In this document: positions 1-7,021 of the stretch, one piece after another
Layout of the letters: every line of letters begins with the position of its first letter
Numbering within the stretch: the stretch's first letter is position 1
Source of the DNA: Trueperaceae bacterium
GTDB lineage: Bacteria > Deinococcota > Deinococci > Deinococcales > Trueperaceae
Reading direction: 5' to 3'
Length of the DNA stretch: 64,000 nucleotides
Assembly: GCA_965215565.1 (NCBI GenBank)
Contig: CBDCDZ010000004.1
Span: forward strand, 2,656,001-2,720,000
Program-made: the position numbers and the translations under genes
The notes under the pieces: generated by a model
The model's input: only the letters and a program-made list of their open reading frames with translations
What the model was told of the DNA's origin: nothing
Database searches by the model: none

Positions 1-774
1 GTAGCGGCGGCGACGCTGACAGGCAGTACGGGCGCGGGTAAGGCGGTCTCGAGCAACGCAGGCAAACACCTCAAGAAAACGGTACTGGAACTCGGCGGCT
101 CTGACCCCTACCTCATCTTGGAAGACGCCGACTTAGACGCCGCTGTGGAGGCGTGCGCTACGAGCCGCTTGCAAAACAGCGGGCAGAGCTGCATCGCGGC
201 GAAACGCCTCATCGTCGTGGAACCTCTCGTGGGCGAATTTCAGCGCAAGCTCTTGGAAAAGATGAAAGCGCAGAAGATGGGCGATCCGACCCATGAAGAC
301 ACCGACATCGGTCCGCAGGCGCGCCCGGATTTGCGCGACGCCCTGCACGAGCAGGTGACTAAAAGCGTGGACGCGGGCGCAACGCTCCTCTTAGGGGGCG
401 AACTGCCGGACGGTCCCGGCGCGTTCTATCCGCCGACAATCCTCACGGACGTCTCCGAAGGGATGCCCGCCTATGACGAAGAGGTGTTCGGTCCGGTAGC
501 GGCTATTATCACCGCCAAGAACGATAAGGACGCAGTTCGCATCGCGAACGACACACCTTATGGGCTCGGCGCAGCGGTTTTTACCAGGGACCGGGGCAGA
601 GGTGAGCGCATCGCCGCCTATGAGCTTCACGCGGGCAACTGCTTCGTGAACGCCTTTGTCAAGTCCGACCCGCGCCTGCCCTTTGGCGGCGTCAAGGAGT
701 CGGGCTACGGGCGTGAGCTGTCGAAATTGGGGATTCACGAGTTTGTCAACATCAAGACGGTCTACGTCGCTTGA
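1..774 (+). CDS. NAD(P)-dependent aldehyde dehydrogenase (succinate-semialdehyde dehydrogenase-like), 5'-partial
   Basis: Frame open from base 1; ALDH motifs [20 protein letters not shown] (catalytic Cys), [19 protein letters not shown]. Confidence 0.93.
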   Translation, partial: VAAATLTGSTGAGKAVSSNAGKHLKKTVLELGGSDPYLILEDADLDAAVEACATSRLQNSGQSCIAAKRLIVVEPLVGEFQRKLLEKMKAQKMGDPTHEDTDIGPQARPDLRDALHEQVTKSVDAGATLLLGGELPDGPGAFYPPTILTDVSEGMPAYDEEVFGPVAAIITAKNDKDAVRIANDTPYGLGAAVFTRDRGRGERIAAYELHAGNCFVNAFVKSDPRLPFGGVKESGYGRELSKLGIHEFVNIKTVYVA

Positions 775-790
775 AGGAAATCGCTTAAAG

Positions 791-820
791 GAAAAGGCGC
801 GCAGCGTAAAACTGCGCGCC
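791..820 (-). terminator. Intrinsic terminator of array gene F
   Basis: Stem GGCGCGCAG/CTGCGCGCC preceded by an A-run on + (U-tract on -), just past the stop at 841. Confidence 0.75.
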
Positions 821-840
821 CACCTCCGGTTGGGAGGATT

Positions 841-1140
841 TTAACGTTCAGTATGGAACGTTTTGCCCTCGAGCATGTACCCAAGAAGCTTCATCGTGAG
901 CATCGGATCGAGGCTGCTCTCCGCCCGCTCGAAAGCGACGAGAGTTCTGTCGATCAGCGCGACGAGTTTCCCCTCACGCAGTCCGAGAATTTTGATAGTT
1001 CTCGCCGCGGGGTCAAGCTGCTGAGAAGGCCCAGTAAGCTCAATGATATCGGTGATATCGAACCCCTCGAGACCGCCTGAGTACTCGAGCACAACTGAGA
1101 GCTTTTGCCCTTCGATAAGGGCGGTTGGTACTTTTGACAT
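841..1140 (-). CDS. Array gene F: small hypothetical protein (99 aa), paralog family
   Basis: ATG at 1140 lies 25 nt from the leader hairpin; DIIELTGPSQ / TIKILG / GKTF match EVIKLVGPSQ (gene C) and TLKVLG (gene E). Confidence 0.75.
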   Translation of the reverse strand: MSKVPTALIEGQKLSVVLEYSGGLEGFDITDIIELTGPSQQLDPAARTIKILGLREGKLVALIDRTLVAFERAESSLDPMLTMKLLGYMLEGKTFHTER

Positions 1141-1164
1141 GCTAGTTCCACTACTAAACAATAA

Positions 1165-1190
1165 ACACCCGTAGGTGCCCCTAGAGCTTA
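1165..1190 (-). promoter_or_regulatory. -10 TAAGCT plus 5' leader hairpin GCACC-TACG-GGTGT for gene F
   Basis: Same -10/hairpin/ATG geometry as the other five array units. Confidence 0.6.
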
Positions 1191-1221
1191 GCAAGGTTAA
1201 GACAAAAAGGTCAGGACAACC

Positions 1222-1254
1222 AAAGAAAAACGCACGACTTACCGTCGTGCGTTT
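1222..1254 (-). terminator. Intrinsic terminator of array gene E
   Basis: Stem AAACGCACGAC/GTCGTGCGTTT with an A-rich run on its left. Confidence 0.75.
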
Positions 1255-1266
1255 CGGTCGCTCAGC

Positions 1267-1590
1267 TTACGCTTTGACAACCTTAAACGTCTCATTCTGA
1301 TGTGCCTCTAAAACATCCAGCACGCCAAGGGCGGCGTTCTGAAGGTTTTGGACAGACCGAAACTTGATGCAGCGCCCCGCTTGGTCTTCTAGTACCAAGC
1401 ACTGCGCTTCGGGAAAATTAAAGTTTCCCTTGCTCCACCCCAATACTTTGAGCGTATCCGGGTTTTGAAGCGGCATATTAGGCTCTAGCGCCCGCACCAC
1501 TTCGATGACTTCGGCGTCGTTTTGTACAGTGATCAGGTCAACCCATACGCCACGCGCTGCGTCACCTCTAACAAAGGCTATTCTTTTCAT
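1267..1590 (-). CDS. Array gene E: small hypothetical protein (107 aa), paralog family
   Basis: Aligns by eye with gene C (RIA..G..VDL....D....EV...P..P...CL....I.F....LQ...F.VV). Confidence 0.8.
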   Translation of the reverse strand: MKRIAFVRGDAARGVWVDLITVQNDAEVIEVVRALEPNMPLQNPDTLKVLGWSKGNFNFPEAQCLVLEDQAGRCIKFRSVQNLQNAALGVLDVLEAHQNETFKVVKA

Positions 1591-1614
1591 TTCTTCATTT
1601 ACTTGTATTACAGC

Positions 1615-1656
1615 GTCCCTGGTGAGGACTCTGGCAGCCTAACAGAATCAGCGAGG
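1615..1656 (-). promoter_or_regulatory. CCTC-N11-TAGGCT promoter plus leader hairpin GTCCT-CACCA-GGGAC for gene E
   Basis: Conserved geometry across array units. Confidence 0.65.
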
Positions 1657-1669
1657 ACCGTAAACACTA

Positions 1670-1700
1670 AGAAAAAAGACGCTCAACGAGAAGTTGAGCG
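1670..1700 (-). terminator. Intrinsic terminator of array gene D
   Basis: Stem CGCTCAAC/GTTGAGCG with an A-run on its left. Confidence 0.7.
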
Positions 1701-1723
1701 CCCGCGAAGCCTAAACGGAGAGT

Positions 1724-2038
1724 CTAAGCTTCAAGACCTGGAAAAGAAATTCCACGGTACTTCAAGCCGAGTTGATACGGTGACCGCTCAACTCTCGAAA
1801 AACCGGAAAACGCACGCGCAAAGGTAATGTGGTAGCCTCCGCGCCCAAGGGTAAACCCTTGGTTGTCATATGAGCCCAAGATTTCAAAACCTCTTACGAG
1901 AGATTCAAAATCTATCTTTCTATCAGGACCCTGGAGAATCAGTATCTCCATAAGGTTTACCTGACCTAAGCCCGAAAAGGTCAGTTTGACCTCTTGAGCG
2001 GGCTCATTTACCTCAATACCTCTAATAATTTTACTCAT
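1724..2038 (-). CDS. Array gene D: small hypothetical protein (104 aa), paralog family
   Basis: ATG 2038 lies 25 nt from the hairpin; clear paralog of gene B (EVN..QEV.LTFS, PD, GFEILGS.D..G.TLG, SP..L...Y....FP). Confidence 0.8.
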   Translation of the reverse strand: MSKIIRGIEVNEPAQEVKLTFSGLGQVNLMEILILQGPDRKIDFESLVRGFEILGSYDNQGFTLGRGGYHITFARAFSGFSRVERSPYQLGLKYRGISFPGLEA

Positions 2039-2062
2039 GTTTCTTTTCCAAATAACAACAAT

Positions 2063-2104
2063 GTCCCTGTTGAGGACTCCCCTAGCGTAGCCGAGGCGAA
2101 GAGG
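2063..2104 (-). promoter_or_regulatory. CCTC-N11-TACGCT promoter plus leader hairpin GTCCT-CAACA-GGGAC for gene D
   Basis: Conserved geometry across array units. Confidence 0.65.
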
Positions 2105-2182
2105 TGGCGGGGCGCTACTACTCCCTTTTCTCAGTATTGGGCGCACAAGAAAACCGCTCACAGCGCCCTCTTCACCTCTATG

Positions 2183-2236
2183 TTGACGCTTTAGATTCTC
2201 GCCAAAGAAAAACGCTCGAGTCTGTACTCGAGCGCT
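2183..2236. repeat. Array boundary motif plus palindrome CGCTCGAG-TCTGTA-CTCGAGCG (left of HigBA)
   Basis: Near-direct repeat of 3006-3058 with the 6-bp spacer inverted. Confidence 0.8.
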
Positions 2237-2246
2237 GCATGTCCTA

Positions 2247-2275
2247 TTGACATATATGACCTAGCGGCATACAAT
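2247..2275 (+). promoter_or_regulatory. Sigma70-type promoter of higBA (TTGACA-17-TACAAT), leaderless
   Basis: Near-consensus hexamers, GTG start 6 nt after the -10. Confidence 0.8.
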
Positions 2276-2281
2276 GCGCTT

Positions 2282-2593
2282 GTGAATGTCCTCACGCCTG
2301 GTGCACTTCGCATGTTCTGGACGAAGCACGCTGAAGCGGAGGTGCCTCTCAAGGTGTGGTACAAGGACGTTCGTAAGAGCCGCTACTGCAACCTCACCGA
2401 GCTGCGACGCACCTATCCAAGCGCCGACCTCGCAAAGGCAGAAGATGGCAGCGCGCTTACAATATTCAATATCGGCGGCAACAACTACCGCTTAGTCACC
2501 TACATCAGCTACCCATCTCAGCGCGTCTACATTCGTAAAATTATGACCCACAAGGAGTATGACCGATGGAACAGCAGGGGACGGCCAACCTAA
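2282..2593 (+). CDS. higB: HigB-family type II toxin (mRNA interferase)
   Basis: FW.KH..A..PL..WY, YPSAD, TIFNIGGNNYRLV, IMTHKEYDRW are typical of this family. Confidence 0.9.
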   Translation: MNVLTPGALRMFWTKHAEAEVPLKVWYKDVRKSRYCNLTELRRTYPSADLAKAEDGSALTIFNIGGNNYRLVTYISYPSQRVYIRKIMTHKEYDRWNSRGRPT

Positions 2594-2994
2594 CCCAAGA
2601 TATCGTAAGCGCATGGGGCGCGTTTCAGTCTCGCGCTCACCTGACTCGTCCCGAGAGTGAAGCCGACTACGCGCGGCTCGTCGCGCTCAGTCATCACCTT
2701 ATCGACACGCACAACTGCGACGAGGAGCCCTACACCTCTCTGCTCGACCTCATAGGAACGTACATGCTGGCTTGGGAAAAAGCGAACGAGCCGCCTATAG
2801 AAGACGCCACACCCGCCCAAGCACTCGCGTTCTACATGGAGCAGCAAGGCGTGACGCAGTACCAGTTGGACAAAGAGGGAGTAGCACCCCAAACGACGCT
2901 GAGCCGCATCCTTTCGGGCGAACGCGGCGTCAGCAAAGCCCTCGCCAAGCGCCTCGCCGAACGCTTCGAGGTGAGTGTAGAGATGTTTCTCTAG
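2566..2994 (+). CDS. higA: HigA-family antitoxin, C-terminal XRE HTH
   Basis: Overlaps the toxin; P.SE.DY N-terminus and HTH TQYQL...TLSRILSGERGVSK. Confidence 0.88.
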   Translation: MEQQGTANLTQDIVSAWGAFQSRAHLTRPESEADYARLVALSHHLIDTHNCDEEPYTSLLDLIGTYMLAWEKANEPPIEDATPAQALAFYMEQQGVTQYQLDKEGVAPQTTLSRILSGERGVSKALAKRLAERFEVSVEMFL

Positions 2995-3005
2995 CCTCGC
3001 CTATA

Positions 3006-3058
3006 CTGACCGCTTAGATGCCCGCCAAAGAAAGCGCTCGAGTACAGACTCGAGCGCT
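3006..3058. repeat. Array boundary motif plus palindrome AGCGCTCGAG-TACAGA-CTCGAGCGCT (right of HigBA; also terminator of gene C)
   Basis: 3033-3056 is the exact reverse complement of 2213-2236. Confidence 0.8.
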
Positions 3059-3079
3059 ACCAGTCACAAGGTGGTAAGC

Positions 3080-3397
3080 CTACACGACCGTAAATTTAGT
3101 GCCGCTCCCCAATCGTAAGGAGATGCTGACGGCATCCTCCTTGGGACGCTGCAGGCTCCGCGCCTGCAAAAAGGGTATCACCTGCCCCTCGATGTTGAGG
3201 CAGAGGTGCCCGAGGTAGGCACCCGCCACGCTCACCGTGACGCGGTTCCCGTTCGGCGTTTTGTCGCCTACAGGGAACGAAACCGGCTGGGACGGTCCAA
3301 CCAGCTTAATGACCTCTTCAAGTTGGTAGTCATCCCGCAAGATGACTAAATCAACTCTTTTACCCCCGTTTTTCATGCGGGCAATTCTTACCACCAT
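3080..3397 (-). CDS. Array gene C: small hypothetical protein (105 aa), paralog family
   Basis: ATG 3397 with upstream GAGGAAAAG, 25 nt from the hairpin; similar to genes E and F. Confidence 0.8.
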   Translation of the reverse strand: MVVRIARMKNGGKRVDLVILRDDYQLEEVIKLVGPSQPVSFPVGDKTPNGNRVTVSVAGAYLGHLCLNIEGQVIPFLQARSLQRPKEDAVSISLRLGSGTKFTVV

Positions 3398-3421
3398 GCT
3401 ACTTTTCCTCAACTAAACAAT

Positions 3422-3463
3422 ATCCCTGGTGGGGACTACCCCAGAATAGCGCAATGAAAGAGG
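3422..3463 (-). promoter_or_regulatory. CCTC-N11-TATTCT promoter plus leader hairpin TCCC-CACCA-GGGA for gene C
   Basis: Conserved geometry across array units. Confidence 0.65.
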
Positions 3464-3495
3464 TCAGCGGAGCCTAAAGCGCTCCTATCCGCGCA

Positions 3496-3552
3496 TTGAC
3501 CTCTTTGATTCTTACCCGCAAAAAAGAAACACACAACTGTAAAGTCGTGTGC
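3496..3552 (-). terminator. Boundary motif TTGACCTCTTTGATTCT plus terminator CACACGAC-TTTACA-GTTGTGTG-TTTCTTTTT
   Basis: Near-identical to 4214-4276; G-U pairs form only on the minus strand. Confidence 0.7.
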
Positions 3553-3692
3553 TCCTGTAAACCTAAACCGTTCGTTTAGGACTTATACGGATTCCGCTTA
3601 ATTCCTTATCACCGAGAAAGGCGCTCGGTGATAGTCCATACCGCTTCATCCGTATATTTCTTCTCATTCGCTACGCTCAGATTGATTAAGAA

Positions 3693-4058
3693 TCAATCGG
3701 AATTCGTATTAGAAGACGGAAAACGCAAGCGGTGATACCTCTTCGCGAGTTCGCAGGGCGACTCCGCTTTCCACAGATCAGAGTCGGCAGAGCCAAAGGT
3801 GACGGCAAAGGCGGGAAAGTCACCTTCGTTTAACCCGGTCTCTTTAGAGAAGTTGCCCAGGGTTAAACCCTTGCCGTCAAAACTTCCCAATATCTCGAAC
3901 CCTTCGGCAAAGAGGTTGTAAGTTACCTCTTTGTCAGGGTTGCAGAGCGTCAACTTCTCTACGGTAGAGACTTTGCGCTCTGACGAAAAGGTCAGTGTCA
4001 CCTCTTGAGTGACGAGGTTCACCTCGACGTTCTTGATGTCTTCAAATTTTATTTCCAT
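3693..4058 (-). CDS. Array gene B: small hypothetical protein (121 aa), paralog family
   Basis: Paralog of gene D (GFEILGSFDGKGLTLG vs GFEILGSYDNQGFTLG). Confidence 0.82.
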   Translation of the reverse strand: MEIKFEDIKNVEVNLVTQEVTLTFSSERKVSTVEKLTLCNPDKEVTYNLFAEGFEILGSFDGKGLTLGNFSKETGLNEGDFPAFAVTFGSADSDLWKAESPCELAKRYHRLRFPSSNTNSD

Positions 4059-4083
4059 GTTGCTTTCTTACGTATGGTTATCT

Positions 4084-4125
4084 ATCTCTGGTAGAGACAC
4101 CTTCAGTTTAACCTAACCAAAGAGG
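4084..4125 (-). promoter_or_regulatory. CCTC-N11-TAAACT promoter plus leader hairpin TCTC-TACCA-GAGA for gene B
   Basis: Compensatory stem change relative to the TCCC/GGGA units. Confidence 0.65.
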
Positions 4126-4213
4126 TCAGCAGCGCCTAAGATGCACGGCTTCTCGCTTTATTGTTCAGCGCAACCTTCGTAACAGAATCTAGCGAAGACA
4201 TCTCTAACTCACA

Positions 4214-4276
4214 TTGACCTCTTAGATTCTTGCCTGCAAAAGAAAAGAAACACACAACTGTAAAGTCGTATGTTTC
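4214..4276 (-). terminator. Boundary motif TTGACCTCTTAGATTCT plus terminator of gene A
   Basis: Repeat of 3496-3552. Confidence 0.7.
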
Positions 4277-4338
4277 AAGTACCTAGAGGGTAAGTCTAGG
4301 ATTTAGTAACTACCTAAGCGGGTAGCTTAGGATTTCGT

Positions 4339-4650
4339 TTAGTCGAGGAATTCGTATTCCTCTTTGACGAAACAGTGTTCCCGGTATTCCGAAAACAAAT
4401 TTTCTGTGCTCCAGTCCTGTCGGAGACGACAGCTCTTTATAGCCGTGACCTCAACATATCTGGACTGGTTCCCCAAAATCATGGACCGAGGTCCGTAATT
4501 AAGCCTGGTCAAGCTGAATCCATCCATCCCTTTCAGGAGACTTTTTTGTTCACTACTTAGAGCAATGAACAATACTTCCGACAGATTAGCTCCATTAACG
4601 TTAAATGTTAACACGATACCATTTGGGGCAAATTGTACTAGTTTCTTCAT
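4339..4650 (-). CDS. Array gene A: small hypothetical protein (103 aa), distant paralog
   Basis: ATG 4650 with upstream AGGAAAAAAG; LTF..G..NL.E.L and GF.L...LG pattern shared with genes D and B. Confidence 0.72.
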   Translation of the reverse strand: MKKLVQFAPNGIVLTFNVNGANLSEVLFIALSSEQKSLLKGMDGFSLTRLNYGPRSMILGNQSRYVEVTAIKSCRLRQDWSTENLFSEYREHCFVKEEYEFLD

Positions 4651-4673
4651 CTTTTTTCCTATTACTTTACTAT

Positions 4674-4714
4674 ATCCCTGTTGGGGATTTTTCAGAGTAG
4701 CGGAATTAAAGAGG
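4674..4714 (-). promoter_or_regulatory. CCTC-N11-TACTCT promoter plus leader hairpin ATCCC-CAACA-GGGAT for gene A
   Basis: Conserved geometry across array units. Confidence 0.65.
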
Positions 4715-4804
4715 TTCGCCCATTCTAAAGCTTGCCAGTTTTTGCTCTTATGCTGCTTCTCGTCTACTGAAAGACTCGTTAGAGACGCTTGATCCAAAAC
4801 TATA

Positions 4805-4861
4805 TTGACCTCTTAGATTCTCGCTTACGAAAAAGAGCACGCAGTCCTCAACCACGTGCTC
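4805..4861 (-). terminator. Boundary motif TTGACCTCTTAGATTCT plus terminator of the DUF1338 gene
   Basis: Stem GAGCACG/CGTGCTC with an A-run; motif identical to 4214-4230. Confidence 0.65.
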
Positions 4862-4895
4862 CAAGAGCTTCATTTTCAATTAGCGAACCAACGCT

Positions 4896-5810
4896 TTACT
4901 CTCTCCCCGTCTGCCCCTTATACGTACTCTCAAAAATCTTATCCGCATTCCCCGCCTCAAACCCCTCCCGCCGGTGCTCCCGCCCTACCTCTTTTTTAGG
5001 CAAGTCTCGGTATTCGTCAAGCACGCGCCGCTCCGCAAATTCGACGTAGGAACCCGAAATCTCTCTCGTTTCGCCGCCCGCGAATTCAGCTTCGATCATC
5101 TTCGCGACGGTGGAGCTTTGTAGGAGCTTTTCGTCGGGGCTCACCTTCACTTTGCCGCCCGAGTCGTTGAGCTTGACGCCGTGTGACTCTAAAAAGGTGT
5201 TGAAGCTCGGCACGGTGTCGTAGCCTCCCGGCAGGGTGTGAACGGAGATGGTGAAGTGGTTGAGGTAGTAGCGGTTGTAGATGACCCAGGCGGCGTACTC
5301 GCTCTCGTCGGCTAAGCGTTCGTAATCGGCTAAGCTCGGCAGTCGCCAGAGGGGTGAGTGCAAAAAGGCGTCGACTTGGGCGGCGTCGTCCAGGTCTAAA
5401 TCGTCTACGGGGTCACGTGTGACCTCATCTGTGTACGAGCGGAGGATGCGCTGCGCCTTATCGGAGAGTTCATCCACGCGCAGTTCGCTGATGAAGATGC
5501 GCGGGAAGTGCGGCTCGGGCGGGGCGTACCAGTAGGCGTTGAGTTTCTTGGTGGGAAAGTCGTAGGAATCGCGGCGCGCGTAGCCGTAGTGGAGAAAGAT
5601 TTTCTCCAGCGAGCCGATGCCCAGATGCGCGACGCCGAGGGTGCGAAAGGCGATGTGGTCATTTTGGATGTCGCTGGGCTCACGGATGACCTCTTCGCGA
5701 ATCATCGCCTGGACGATAGTCTCTACGTCGGGGACGCGCGCGCTGTAGCGGCGCATGAGACCGTCTAAAACGTGTTGCAGCGTCTCGAGTTTATGGGTGG
5801 TTGCAGGCAT
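4896..5810 (-). CDS. DUF1338-family protein (2-oxoadipate dioxygenase/decarboxylase-like metalloenzyme)
   Basis: NDHIAFRT, PRIFISEL, ESEYAAW, NHFT, LLQSST, YVEFAER, GFEAGNADKIFEST motifs. Confidence 0.85.
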   Translation of the reverse strand: MPATTHKLETLQHVLDGLMRRYSARVPDVETIVQAMIREEVIREPSDIQNDHIAFRTLGVAHLGIGSLEKIFLHYGYARRDSYDFPTKKLNAYWYAPPEPHFPRIFISELRVDELSDKAQRILRSYTDEVTRDPVDDLDLDDAAQVDAFLHSPLWRLPSLADYERLADESEYAAWVIYNRYYLNHFTISVHTLPGGYDTVPSFNTFLESHGVKLNDSGGKVKVSPDEKLLQSSTVAKMIEAEFAGGETREISGSYVEFAERRVLDEYRDLPKKEVGREHRREGFEAGNADKIFESTYKGQTGRE

Positions 5811-6112
5811 GGCAGCTCCTTACACAAATGCAGTTAAAGCTACGATACCTCCGAGAGAAAGGTGTGTCCAGCGGTGTACGTAAGTTCGAGAGGTCATCTT
5901 CAGATTTTGCCTACGAAGGGAAGGTTGAGCTTGAAACGAAAAACCGCTTTGTAAGTAGGAAGAAGTCTCGAGACCTCTTCTCACGCCCAAAAAAACGAAA
6001 TGATTCTAAGTTGAGTGTTGCCACGTACCCCTTTTGCCACCTCAACGTGATGAACAAGGGGTTTCAACCCCTTGCTTCAACATCATTGTCAAACTACGCA
6101 GCGCTACTGTCC

Positions 6113-6140
6113 AATAAAAAACCGCCCGGAGGCGGTTTCG
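6113..6140 (-). terminator. Intrinsic terminator
   Basis: AAACCGCC-CGGA-GGCGGTTT hairpin with an A-run. Confidence 0.75.
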
Positions 6141-6157
6141 TATGGGTAGAGGGTGTA

Positions 6158-6760
6158 TCAGTTGCTTTCGCCGCGCACTTGCTCCAACATCCCACCTAGC
6201 TCGTCGTAGATGCGTTGCAACTCGCTCAGCGTGGCGTCGTCTACGTTCATCGCGCCGTCTGACGTGTCGGACTCGAGGCGCGTAATGAGCGTGCCCAAGT
6301 CGCTATAGCTGCTCACGAGTTCACCCAGGTCACCCGGTGTAGACGAGGACATCGCGCCGCCCGTCATGTCACCACCCGTCATAGTACCTCCGGTCATATC
6401 ACCGCTAGCCATGTCGCCACCTGTTACGTCGCCACCCGACATGTCACCGTTCGGACCCGTCATGCTCGCCGCGTCGCCGCCTGAGAGGTCGCCGCCTGTC
6501 ACGTCATCCGCGCCGCCAGCAATTCCGTCAACCGTTGCGCCGCCCGTCATGCCACCTGTTGTAGCGCCGCCCGTCGTGCCCCCCGTAATGTTCTCGGCTG
6601 CCTCTAAGTCGCCTCCGGTCATACCGCCCTCCCCGACGAGGCTACCGCCAATTTGGGTTTCGCCCCCGGTCGTATCGCCCCCGGTTGCGCCGCCCGTATC
6701 CTGCGCGGAAACGAGACCCAAGATAATAAGCACGGCTAGAAGAACGCTGACTGATTTCAT
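6158..6760 (-). CDS. Secreted low-complexity protein with xTGG(D) pentapeptide repeats
   Basis: Signal peptide MKSVSVLLAVLIILGLVSA-QD, repeated TGG/MTGGD, helical C-terminus. Confidence 0.8.
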   Translation of the reverse strand: MKSVSVLLAVLIILGLVSAQDTGGATGGDTTGGETQIGGSLVGEGGMTGGDLEAAENITGGTTGGATTGGMTGGATVDGIAGGADDVTGGDLSGGDAASMTGPNGDMSGGDVTGGDMASGDMTGGTMTGGDMTGGAMSSSTPGDLGELVSSYSDLGTLITRLESDTSDGAMNVDDATLSELQRIYDELGGMLEQVRGESN

Positions 6761-7021
6761 ACAATTGCCCCTTTCAAGACGTTCGTGCAGTTCAAAGTTA
6801 TGGGAAAAGAGTTGAAACGAAGAGGTGCTGGGGCGCTCGTCACCGATTTGAGATTTGCCCAGCGCACCAAAAAACTACCCCCGTAGACTTCAGTTTGTTC
6901 TTAGGCTAAGGGAACAATGTGAGATATTTTGCATTTGAGATTACGATTGGGTTTCATTAAGTTGAGGTTCCGCCGGCGTTGAAGCTTTAGGGACATCAAG
7001 GCTCGAGGGGCACCAAAAGCT

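Noticed and set aside
4651..4797. N-terminal extensions of array ORFs in the ORF track (starts 4797, 3412, 2161, 1194)
   Set aside because: They run into the conserved leader/promoter; the downstream ATGs all lie 24-26 nt from the hairpin
780..4890. Classical integron with attC sites
   Set aside because: No intI in the window, no RYYYAAC...GTTRRRY cores found after the stops, and each gene has its own promoter and terminator
780..4890. CRISPR array
   Set aside because: Repeats are degenerate and separated by whole genes; no cas genes or constant spacer length
6790..6900. c-di-GMP-I riboswitch upstream of the secreted repeat protein
   Set aside because: GGCAAA and a hairpin are present, but the GNRA loop/receptor and GCAAAG elements are not recognisable
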